Source: Bdellovibrionales bacterium RIFOXYD1_FULL_55_31 (GTDB taxonomy: Bacteria; Bdellovibrionota; UBA1018). From it: a stretch of DNA of 42,681 nucleotides. The stretch covers positions 1 to 42,681 of the forward strand of contig MEQK01000052.1 of assembly GCA_001770175.1 (NCBI GenBank). Direction: 5' to 3'. Below the pieces are notes generated by a model that saw nothing but the letters and a program-made list of their open reading frames with translations, had not been told where the DNA came from and made no database searches. Position numbers and translations under genes: made by a program. Of the stretch, positions 18,483-26,169 are shown piece after piece; position 1 is the first letter of the stretch, and every line of letters begins with the position of its first letter.

Positions 18483-18916
18483 AATCCCGGCACCACGCGC
18501 GCGAGATAGCGTTACAAATTCTTTATCAATACGACATGGAAGGACAAGGGCGAACCGGACCGGCTGAAGCCGAGACCCAGAAGTTCATCTCTGATCTGAC
18601 CCATCATTTCGAGCATTTTGAAGTCCCCCAGGAGCTCCGTGAGTTTGTCGCGCAACTCGTGGTCGGGACCGTAACCGAAGTTTCCGCCCTGGACGCCGCG
18701 ATCGAAAAACATGCAGCCAATTGGAAGCTGAATCGCATGCCTATCGTGGACCGAAGTCTGCTCCGAATGGCTATTTATGAAATGACTCACTTTCCCGACA
18801 CCGCCGCGTCCATTGTCATCGATGAGGCAATCGAACTCGCGAAACAGTTCGGGACCGAAGAGACACCGGGCTTTGTAAACGGTATTCTTGACGCCGTTAT
18901 GCGAAACCGGATTTGA
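18479..18916 (+). CDS. nusB: Transcription antitermination factor NusB
   Basis: 'AREIALQILYQYDM…', 'RMAIYEM' and 'VVIDEAIELAKQFG' give typical NusB helix signatures. 145 aa. Confidence 0.88.
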   Translation: MKSRHHAREIALQILYQYDMEGQGRTGPAEAETQKFISDLTHHFEHFEVPQELREFVAQLVVGTVTEVSALDAAIEKHAANWKLNRMPIVDRSLLRMAIYEMTHFPDTAASIVIDEAIELAKQFGTEETPGFVNGILDAVMRNRI

Positions 18917-19000
18917 ATCGGCAAATCTTGCCTATCCTCTAGTGAGGACGGGCCCCCTTGCGTACGTTCGCCAAACCCGGTTAAACTTGATCGAGAGCAC

Positions 19001-19477
19001 ATGGGGACTTACAAAGCCGATTCACCATCCGAAAAATCCGTCGATAGTCGTATTCACAGCCTTGATGTGGACGCCGATCGCGCGCTCTTCACCGGCGAAG
19101 TTCAAGGGCTTGCGGTCACCTTTTTTGAAAACGAGCGCCCTCTTGCCGGGTTGGCTGGGCTCTTGGATTGGAGATTCCAGGGCGTCATCTCGGACTATCT
19201 CAGGGAAGGCGCGATCACGGGGGCAGCCGGGCAATGTGCTTACATCCCGATTACACGAAACGGCATCATCTATCATCTGATTCTGGCCGGAGCTGGCGAG
19301 TCCAGTGCTCCTGGACAGCGCACAAAAGTACCCGCCGAAACATGGAAAGTCCTTCAAAAAAATCTGAGCTCATTGAAGCTGAAAAAAATCGGGATTTCCC
19401 GAAGGGATTTCGGAGATTTCACGGATGACCTTCTCTCGAAGCACATGAAAGGAGTTCCGCTATGGATCGTTCATTAG
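19001..19477 (+). CDS. Hypothetical protein (158 aa), no recognised domain
   Basis: ORF with an ATG start, first of four overlapping co-directional ORFs. It contains 'GAAGQCAYIPITRNGIIYHLILAGAGE', which is not diagnostic. Confidence 0.4.
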   Translation: MGTYKADSPSEKSVDSRIHSLDVDADRALFTGEVQGLAVTFFENERPLAGLAGLLDWRFQGVISDYLREGAITGAAGQCAYIPITRNGIIYHLILAGAGESSAPGQRTKVPAETWKVLQKNLSSLKLKKIGISRRDFGDFTDDLLSKHMKGVPLWIVH

Positions 19478-19950
19478 AAGCAGCCTTGGCGGAACTTGCG
19501 CAGCGTCTCATGACCAGATCCAAGAAATTCGAAAGCGTTGCTCAGCAATGCGATCCCCTGGAAGCCCTAAAGCAAATGGGCACACTCGAGGAAGTCACGA
19601 GAAAAAGCCTGCTGATTGAGAGACCGGAACCTGCTCCAGTGCGCGCTCAAACTCCGATCACGCCTGCCGTGCCCGTTAGCTATTCAACTTCACACCAGGA
19701 ATATCGGGCTGCTCTCGAGGACGGGTCGATTATCAAGGCGCTTCTGAAATTCCATGAACAAACCGGGACACAACCCGTGACCGTGAAGAGTCCACCTCCT
19801 GTTCCCGAAGCCGCGCCCCCGCCCGAGCAAACATCCATAGCGGCCCCCGAACCGTTCGAGGCCATCAGCCCACCCATGATTGCAGCAAAACCAAAACCTT
19901 CTCCATTCCTCAAGAGGCCTCCCGGCGTTTGTCAAACCATCCTGCGATGA
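19462..19950 (+). CDS. Hypothetical protein (162 aa) with a Pro-rich, probably disordered C-terminal half
   Basis: ATG overlapping the previous ORF by 16 nt. 'PPPVPEAAPPPEQTSIAAPEPFEAISPPMIAAKPKPSPFLKRPP'. Confidence 0.35.
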   Translation: MDRSLEAALAELAQRLMTRSKKFESVAQQCDPLEALKQMGTLEEVTRKSLLIERPEPAPVRAQTPITPAVPVSYSTSHQEYRAALEDGSIIKALLKFHEQTGTQPVTVKSPPPVPEAAPPPEQTSIAAPEPFEAISPPMIAAKPKPSPFLKRPPGVCQTILR

Positions 19951-20624
19951 GCACCGCTCAGCTGCTCAAAAATTTCACGGAACACTGGAATCGGCAGGAG
20001 GCCGCCCCGGCGCCGACCTTGCTTCGGCTTTCGATTCTCCGGGACCTTTCACGAGACCTTCACGCGCTGAAATCCCAGCGTCTCGCCGACGGGAATTCCA
20101 AAGACCTGCAATCACTCATCGCATTGGAGAACCGGATCGATGATCTCAGGGATCGCGCTCCGCTGAACGCGGGACTCAGTGATCTGCTCGAGGGACGTCA
20201 GACACCCGAGAAGAGCCTCCGAGTTCTTCCCAACGCGGTGTTCGCCTGCATTCCGAAGGAGAAGTTCACTCGCCAGGATCGATTATGGGAGGCGGCCCTC
20301 GCGGCCGAGGGAATCACTGAAGGCTGGCGTCTTTGGCGGCTTTCGGCCTGTATCCGGCTTCCGATGGTTGAAAAATGGCATGCGCGCCTCAAGGAAGACC
20401 TTTGGGCCAAAGGGATCCCGCTCTTCGCGGAGGCCGTCCCGGCAGAACAGAAGCCTCGAACCGGTGATCCGAGCCTGTGGTTTGGCCGATGGACCGTACT
20501 TCTGCATCCCTCCTTCAAGAAACCGTTCCAGCTCCAGCTCGACTTCAGCTCCTGGCCCGGGCACTACGTCGGCAAAGATCTCCAACCAAAATGGAGGCTT
20601 CTCTTTTCCCCGCCCCCTACCTGA
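19929..20624 (+). CDS. Hypothetical protein (231 aa), Trp-rich, no recognised domain
   Basis: ATG overlapping the previous ORF by 22 nt. Its 3' 148 nt are also open in a second frame (next ORF). Confidence 0.35.
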   Translation: MSNHPAMSTAQLLKNFTEHWNRQEAAPAPTLLRLSILRDLSRDLHALKSQRLADGNSKDLQSLIALENRIDDLRDRAPLNAGLSDLLEGRQTPEKSLRVLPNAVFACIPKEKFTRQDRLWEAALAAEGITEGWRLWRLSACIRLPMVEKWHARLKEDLWAKGIPLFAEAVPAEQKPRTGDPSLWFGRWTVLLHPSFKKPFQLQLDFSSWPGHYVGKDLQPKWRLLFSPPPT

Positions 20625-21154
20625 GCTATTCTCTTCCTGTGAGACTCGTTGATTTTCTGATCTGCCTTCTCGAAGCCCATGCCCAAACCCTGCAGCGTCT
20701 CGCCGCGCTTTACGGCGAAGACGTGCTGTTCGAAATTCTGGAGCAGGCCGGGGACTCCCCGCAGGCGCGCTCTCAAATCGATTCTTCGTTATTCTCCCAG
20801 ACGTCGGTCCGCGGTGTGGGCGTTTCGGGATCGGCCTACGCTGAGCTTGAATCAGCGGTTCACGGTTTCAAACTTCCGGCCGTTCTGGAATTTCACCTTT
20901 GGGCCTATCCCCACTATCGCGCGTTCGTGGAGAGCCCGATCGATTTGAACTCGCGTATTCCCGGCCCGGGAACGGACACCGCCTCCGTCCTGGTCGAAGA
21001 AGCCGTAGCTCAGGCCAAACGTTGGGTAAAACAACTGCCGATCCCGCCGGAACTCGGGCAGCAGACCGAGCGCGCTGCGGAAATCCCGTGGCTACGCTTC
21101 CGCACGACCGTTCTCAAACGAGTCGGACGAAGACCGATGGGGACGGTGTACTGA
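20591..21154 (+). CDS. Hypothetical protein (~187 aa from the ATG at 20591; maximal ORF from a GTG at 20477)
   Basis: Open frame overlapping the 3' end of the preceding ORF. The internal ATG at 20591 (MEASLFPAPYL…) gives a 34-nt overlap. No known motif. Confidence 0.35.
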   Translation: MEASLFPAPYLSYSLPVRLVDFLICLLEAHAQTLQRLAALYGEDVLFEILEQAGDSPQARSQIDSSLFSQTSVRGVGVSGSAYAELESAVHGFKLPAVLEFHLWAYPHYRAFVESPIDLNSRIPGPGTDTASVLVEEAVAQAKRWVKQLPIPPELGQQTERAAEIPWLRFRTTVLKRVGRRPMGTVY

Positions 21155-21165
21155 ACGAAGTCTTT

Positions 21166-22902
21166 TCAGCGGCCTACGCAGCGGACCCCGTAATTCGTTG
21201 AACGCAGGTAGTTCGTCATACCACCCTGATAGGAATTAAAAGCCCGTGCATAAGTCCGATCCGCCCCGCGGATGGTCGCGATCCATTCCACGGCATTGAC
21301 ATTATTGGTGAGAACGTATCTTGATCCATTGGCGTCGGCTAACCAATAATCCCCTTGCGTCGGCAAGCGCCACCGGACGGAGGGGGTCGTACTCATACCC
21401 ATGCCGCCTTTACCCCTATGGTAGCTCTGGGAGGCCCAGGTTTCGTTCGAGGCGGCTGTCTCTTCCATCTGAGTCGGACCAACTTCGGCGCACCAGCTTT
21501 GAGCGATCGGAAAATCGGGCTGATAAACCACACTACCACAGTAAGCGGCGTCCCCCGCTTCCGCGTTCCCCGCGGCTCGGCACCAATTATCGCTGCCGAG
21601 AACGGAACTCCAGAGCAGCCCCGTACGATCATCGCGCCAGACTTCGCGACAATCAGTATCGCAGACCGCCCCGTTCGCCAGAGCAAGAGAACGGACCGTC
21701 ACGAGCGTCCAGGAACCCTGGCCACTGTTCGAATTCACCAACCCGCTCCACTCGAAAGTTCCCGGGAAGATATTCCAAGACGGCTTAATCGAATGCTGAG
21801 TTTCACAATCCGCAATCTTGTCGTTAATCGTGGTCGCGTCTTTTCCGCAGACCCGGCGAGGCACCCCCGCTTCCCATTCAGTACCGTCCGCGGAACGCGT
21901 GACCGGTCTTACCTGCGGGCTGAACACTCCAGCGGACACGTACCCGTCATCGTCCTTTGAAATGACCGGAACAACGCGATGATCCGCGGGCAACGGGGTA
22001 TTCAGGTAAGAACCCGCGAACAGGGAAGCTTCAGCGGTCTGAGGATAGACCGTGGCATCTCGATCGTGAAAGATATTCCAAGACATCATGGTGCCGCCCG
22101 TGCATAGCGCTGTTCCCGCGTACCCGCCAACGTCTGTCCCGGAACAGATCAGCGGCGGAATCAAAGATTTCGTCATGCCGCTGTAATAGCCAACGCCCGG
22201 AAAAGCCGCCGTAGCTTCGAAAACGCCGCGATTGACGAGACTTCCAGTCAAAAGCGTACCGTCCTTATCCCAGGCCTGCTTATCCTTCAGAATATCCCCT
22301 GCTGCCGCACCCTGCCCGACCGAGTAACCCGTTCCGGCAAGCACCGCGGTCCCGGTCACGCCAAAAATGGCCACATCTTTTTTAATCTTTGAAGCCGTAA
22401 GATTCGAGTCAGCGGCCGTGGCCGTCGAAGTCCCGTCATAGTAGCCTTGAGGAATCGTGATTTGGGTCGCGCCATTCCCCCCGGTCACGCTCGTTCGCGG
22501 CGTTCCCGGCAAAAACCCTGCACTCGAGACGCAATCTGTCTGCCCGCTGGCATTGCAAGCGACGTGACCACTTTCGAGCGTGCCCGTACCCTCGACTCCG
22601 AAGATCGTTGTTCCGGTGAGAATATTTTCGGGAAGAAGATCCGAATCCGCCGCCGTCGCCGTCTTTGTCCCGTCATAGTAACCCGCGGGAATCGTGACCA
22701 CCAGGGAACCGTCAGTTCCCGTAACATTGGAACCGGCAGGCATCGTCCCCGTTTCCTTTGCGCCAGTTGAAGTGTAAAACGCTTTTCCGCTCAGAACGTC
22801 ACCGTTAACGGCGGGTCCCGCGGCAGCCGCGAGCTGGCACATTCCCATTACGGTCAAAATCGTAAAAACGCTCCAAGAGATCTTTTTTGTTCTATTCAGC
22901 AT
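21166..22902 (-). CDS. Secreted protein, distal tandem paralogue, with two ~70-aa 'GYYDG…FGVxGTG' repeats and a C-terminal DUF1566/Lcl-C-terminal-like domain
   Basis: ATG at 22902 is preceded by GGGAGG 6 nt upstream. Signal peptide 'MLNRTKKISWSVFTILTVMGMCQLAAAAG'. Repeats 'GTMPAGSNVTGTDGSLVVTIPAGYYDGTKTATAADSDLLPENILTGTTIFGVEGTG' and 'GGNGATQITIPQGYYDGTSTATAADSNLTASKIKKDVAIFGVTGTA'. The C-terminal domain has 'EVWRDDRTGLLWSS', 'WRLPTQGDYWLA' and a terminal 'VRCVGR'. These are the motifs I associate with DUF1566 and the Fibrobacter-major-paralogous-domain families. The ORF track's extension to 23070 overlaps the upstream paralogue. Confidence 0.65.
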   Translation of the reverse strand: MLNRTKKISWSVFTILTVMGMCQLAAAAGPAVNGDVLSGKAFYTSTGAKETGTMPAGSNVTGTDGSLVVTIPAGYYDGTKTATAADSDLLPENILTGTTIFGVEGTGTLESGHVACNASGQTDCVSSAGFLPGTPRTSVTGGNGATQITIPQGYYDGTSTATAADSNLTASKIKKDVAIFGVTGTAVLAGTGYSVGQGAAAGDILKDKQAWDKDGTLLTGSLVNRGVFEATAAFPGVGYYSGMTKSLIPPLICSGTDVGGYAGTALCTGGTMMSWNIFHDRDATVYPQTAEASLFAGSYLNTPLPADHRVVPVISKDDDGYVSAGVFSPQVRPVTRSADGTEWEAGVPRRVCGKDATTINDKIADCETQHSIKPSWNIFPGTFEWSGLVNSNSGQGSWTLVTVRSLALANGAVCDTDCREVWRDDRTGLLWSSVLGSDNWCRAAGNAEAGDAAYCGSVVYQPDFPIAQSWCAEVGPTQMEETAASNETWASQSYHRGKGGMGMSTTPSVRWRLPTQGDYWLADANGSRYVLTNNVNAVEWIATIRGADRTYARAFNSYQGGMTNYLRSTNYGVRCVGR

Positions 22903-22922
22903 AACGAGCCTCCCGTGGCCTT

Positions 22923-24818
22923 TCAGCGTCCAACGCAGCGAACCGTCATTCGCAGTCCGCCGGCACCTAAATAATAACTCGTGGTTCGGTGAATATTCGG
23001 AGTACCGCCCGACGTCATCATAAAGCTGCGTGCCTGCGTCCGATCCGCGGCGTATACAGTCGCGGTCCATTCATAATGGGCCTTCTGCGCGTTACCGATA
23101 TCAAGAGTTCCCGGCAGAACCATTCGGATTCCATTCACCTCAGCAATGAGGAAATCATCCCGGGTCGGTAAGCGCCACTGAACGGCCGGAACCGAATTCG
23201 CTCCCATTCCGCCTTTGGCGGGGTGGTAAATCCCGGTGCCATAATTTTCAGTGTTGACGGTCCAGACTCCCCCGGCGTTCGTGCAGTCGGTTTCGTTGGT
23301 GAAAGCCGGATAGGTGAAATCAGCTTTTGCGCACCAGCCTAAAACCGGGTTCAGCCCGGGCCCTTCGGCACAAACGCTTTCGGCAGTCGGGAACTGGGGC
23401 TGATACGTGGTGCTGCCACAAATCGTCGCGTCGTCCGCCTCCGCATTGCCCGAAGCGCGGCACCAATTCTCACCGACGGGAGCATGATCCGAGAGCCGCG
23501 CGATTTTGGAGCTCCAGAGCAAGCCGGTCCGATCATCCCGCCACACCTCATAACAGCTCGCATCGCATACCGCGCCGTTCGCGAGTGAGGACGAATAAAC
23601 GGTCACGAGTGTCCAGGAGCCTTGCCCCAGATTCGCCGACTCCTCACCATTCCAGGAAAGTTTCCCATCAGCGGCCTGATCATCCCAGGCCGGCTTTGCG
23701 GCGTGCTGGCTATCGCAATCCGCCAGTTTCGAGTAAACCGTCGTGGCATTCTTTCCGCAAACGTTTCGAGCGACTCCCGCTTCCCATTCCGCCCCTGCCG
23801 AAGTTCGCCTCACGACGGAGACTCCGGCCGTGGTCAAAGCACCGCCTCCATATCCTTCGTCGTCAGAAGCGACGATCGGAACATCCCGATAGCCGGCGGG
23901 CGCGGCCAAGGTATTTTGTTCCTCGAGGAGAGGCAGAATCGCGGGAACAGACTTGTCGCGGGGCATATTCGAACTGAAAAGCACGTTGCATACCGCTGTC
24001 CCGGCAACTCCGTTGAAACTGGCACCCGAACAAATGTTCCCGGCTGAAGGCGCATTCGAAATCGCGCTATAATAACCAGCCCCCGCGAAAGCGACACTCG
24101 CGTTCAGAGTCCCGCGATCCTCCATTGTCCCGGTGATCAGGGCGCCGGTTTTATCCCACCCCTGTTTGTCCTTCAGAATGTGACTTGCCGAAGCTTCTTG
24201 CCCGGGAACGAGTCCCGCCTCGGAGATCGGACCACCTGTCCCGGTCACCCCGAAAAGAGAAACGTCTTTCAGGATATTCAACGCGACAAGATTCGTGTCC
24301 GAGACCGTTGCATTCCTGGAGCCGTCATAATAGCCCTGCGGGATCGCCACTTGCTTGGCCGCGTTCGCACCGGCAAAACTCGCCCGCGGAACACCCGCAA
24401 CATAGGATGCGTTGGCGAGACATCCCGACTGTCCGTTCGCGGTACAAGCCGGATGGATCTCGAGATTCGCGCTACCTACGACTCCAAAGATCGATATCCC
24501 CGATTTGATCTTGTTCGCGACGAGGTTTGTATCGCTTACCGTGAGCGATTTCGTTCCATCGTAATAGCCCGAATCGAGGGTGATGAGCTTCGCGCCGTTT
24601 GCCCCGGTCACATTCGCTCCCGACGGCATCGTGCCTATCAGCTTGCTTCCGGTCGCGTTGTAATATTCTTTGCCGGTCAGAACGTCTGTCGGATCAGCGA
24701 CAGCTTCATCACCACTGTTCACAACGGGATTAACAATTACCTTGTTCCCGCACCCGGTGGCGTAAAAAACCAGAACCGCGCCCAGAACGATCCTGAATTC
24801 CGCATTCGGAAATCCCAT
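22923..24818 (-). CDS. Lipoprotein, proximal tandem paralogue, with the same architecture: 'GYYDG…FGVxGTG' repeats plus a DUF1566-like C-terminal domain
   Basis: ATG at 24818 with GGAGGG upstream. Lipobox 'LVFYATGC'. Repeats 'GTMPSGANVTGANGAKLITLDSGYYDGTKSLTVSDTNLVANKIKSGISIFGVVGSA' and 'AKQVAIPQGYYDGSRNATVSDTNLVALNILKDVSLFGVTGTG'. C-terminal 'EVWRDDRTGLLWSS', 'WRLPTRDDFLIAEVNG' and terminal 'VRCVGR'. About 50% identical to the downstream paralogue. Confidence 0.65.
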   Translation of the reverse strand: MGFPNAEFRIVLGAVLVFYATGCGNKVIVNPVVNSGDEAVADPTDVLTGKEYYNATGSKLIGTMPSGANVTGANGAKLITLDSGYYDGTKSLTVSDTNLVANKIKSGISIFGVVGSANLEIHPACTANGQSGCLANASYVAGVPRASFAGANAAKQVAIPQGYYDGSRNATVSDTNLVALNILKDVSLFGVTGTGGPISEAGLVPGQEASASHILKDKQGWDKTGALITGTMEDRGTLNASVAFAGAGYYSAISNAPSAGNICSGASFNGVAGTAVCNVLFSSNMPRDKSVPAILPLLEEQNTLAAPAGYRDVPIVASDDEGYGGGALTTAGVSVVRRTSAGAEWEAGVARNVCGKNATTVYSKLADCDSQHAAKPAWDDQAADGKLSWNGEESANLGQGSWTLVTVYSSSLANGAVCDASCYEVWRDDRTGLLWSSKIARLSDHAPVGENWCRASGNAEADDATICGSTTYQPQFPTAESVCAEGPGLNPVLGWCAKADFTYPAFTNETDCTNAGGVWTVNTENYGTGIYHPAKGGMGANSVPAVQWRLPTRDDFLIAEVNGIRMVLPGTLDIGNAQKAHYEWTATVYAADRTQARSFMMTSGGTPNIHRTTSYYLGAGGLRMTVRCVGR

Positions 24819-24931
24819 ATGCCCTCCTAGCAACATCAGAACCCACGAGAAAGAACCCTCGAGAACCACTATTTGAAAAAAATAAATCCTACTCCAACGT
24901 ACTGCTCACAAGAGAATGACACGTTACGTAC

Positions 24932-24971
24932 ATTTTAACAGGCTGGTTTTTCGAGGTCAAAGTATTTGACC
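24932..24971 (-). promoter_or_regulatory. Predicted sigma70-type promoter for the DUF1566 operon (minus strand: TTGACC-17 nt-TAAAAT), with its -35 inside a perfect 17-bp palindrome GGTCAAAgtaTTTGACC (24955-24971)
   Basis: Read directly. The -35 TTGACC is the reverse complement of 24955-24960, and the -10 TAAAAT is the reverse complement of 24932-24937. It lies about 110 nt upstream of the ATG at 24818 in the largest intergenic region of the window (24819-25055). Confidence 0.4.
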
Positions 24972-25055
24972 TGTGTAACCCTTCAGATCCCCGCAAGAAT
25001 TCACTTCAAATCCGAAACCGGTCCAAACTTTACGTTCGGAATATTTAACCCGTAT

Positions 25056-26159
25056 TTAAAGTATCAGCATGGCATCGCCATAACTGAAGAATCGATATTC
25101 CTGGGCGACTGCTTCCCGATATGCGGCGAGAATCAGATCTCGACCTGCAAATGCGCAAACCAGCATCAGCAGCGTCGACCGCGGCAGGTGAAAGTTGGTC
25201 AGCATCCGATCGACTACATGAAACGGGTGGCCTCCGGGACGCCCTGGCCAGATGAAGAGCGAAGTCCTACCAACTCCAGGCTCAAGCCCCCTCGGTTTCC
25301 AGGCACTCTCGAGCGTGCGAACCGAGGTCGTCCCGATCGCGACGACACGTTTTCCGTCAGCCTTCGCGCGACGGACACTCCCGGCGACTTCGGACGAAAT
25401 TTCGTATCTTTCTTCGTGCATGACATGGTCGCGAATGTCGTTCGACTTCACAGGCCGAAACGTTCCGAGCCCCACATGCAGAGTGACCTCGGCCCAGGAA
25501 ACGCTCCGTTCAGCGAGAGCCCGCATGATCTCATTCGTGAAATGAAGCCCGGCAGTCGGGGCGGCCGCCGATCCGATGTGTTTCGCATAGACGGTCTGGT
25601 ACCCGGCCTCGTCTGTCTTCGTGCTCCCCCGCGAGATGTAATGGGGAAGCGGAATCTCCCCTGCCCCGCTTTCAACGGGATCGCGGTCAAATTCCGCCCA
25701 AACGGTCCCATGCGGTGACTCGGACGAACCACGAACCAACACGCCTCGAAGGCACTGCCCGTCCGGAGTGATGATCTCAAACCGAAGCCCCGGGTTATAT
25801 CTCGCCGAAGCGCGAAACAGTCCTTCCCAGACATGCGGGCCATGTCCGGCTATCTTTTCGAGAAGTACAAATTCAACTTTTCCACCTTTTACCGGATAAA
25901 GGTGTCCGGGATCCTGCTTCAGCCGCCTACCCAGGAGACGGGCTTTCATGACTTTCGTATTATTGGCGACAAGAAGATCGTTTGAATCAAAATACGACGG
26001 GAAGTCACGAAAGCTTCGGTGCTCCCAGACCCCGCGCGCGCGATCCACGACAAGCAGACGGGATGAATCCCTCGGCATGGCGGGCTCCTGCGCGATCAAG
26101 CGCTCGGGCAACTCATAATCGTACGCGGCCAGGGAATTCAGGTCCGGATTGGGATCCAT
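25056..26159 (-). CDS. queA: S-adenosylmethionine:tRNA ribosyltransferase-isomerase
   Basis: 'LAAYDYELPERLIAQEPAMPRDSSRLLVVDRA' N-terminal QueA signature. Also 'VGLGTFRPV' and 'AIGTTSVRTLES'. 367 aa. Confidence 0.88.
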   Translation of the reverse strand: MDPNPDLNSLAAYDYELPERLIAQEPAMPRDSSRLLVVDRARGVWEHRSFRDFPSYFDSNDLLVANNTKVMKARLLGRRLKQDPGHLYPVKGGKVEFVLLEKIAGHGPHVWEGLFRASARYNPGLRFEIITPDGQCLRGVLVRGSSESPHGTVWAEFDRDPVESGAGEIPLPHYISRGSTKTDEAGYQTVYAKHIGSAAAPTAGLHFTNEIMRALAERSVSWAEVTLHVGLGTFRPVKSNDIRDHVMHEERYEISSEVAGSVRRAKADGKRVVAIGTTSVRTLESAWKPRGLEPGVGRTSLFIWPGRPGGHPFHVVDRMLTNFHLPRSTLLMLVCAFAGRDLILAAYREAVAQEYRFFSYGDAMLIL

Positions 26160-26169
26160 GAACAGGCCA

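Noticed and set aside
18919-18942. Hairpin GGCAA-atc-TTGCC after nusB
   Set aside because: It is a short AT-containing stem with an interrupted T-run (tatcctct). It could be a weak terminator, but is not distinguishable from chance.
21355-21960. 201-aa and 155-aa plus-strand ORFs
   Set aside because: They are antisense to the DUF1566 paralogue. Their Arg/Pro-rich translations have no signal or domain features.
24966-25718. 250-aa plus-strand ORF
   Set aside because: It lies entirely antisense to queA, whose QueA motifs are unambiguous on the minus strand. It has no RBS and a low-complexity Arg/Pro-rich translation typical of antisense GC-rich frames.
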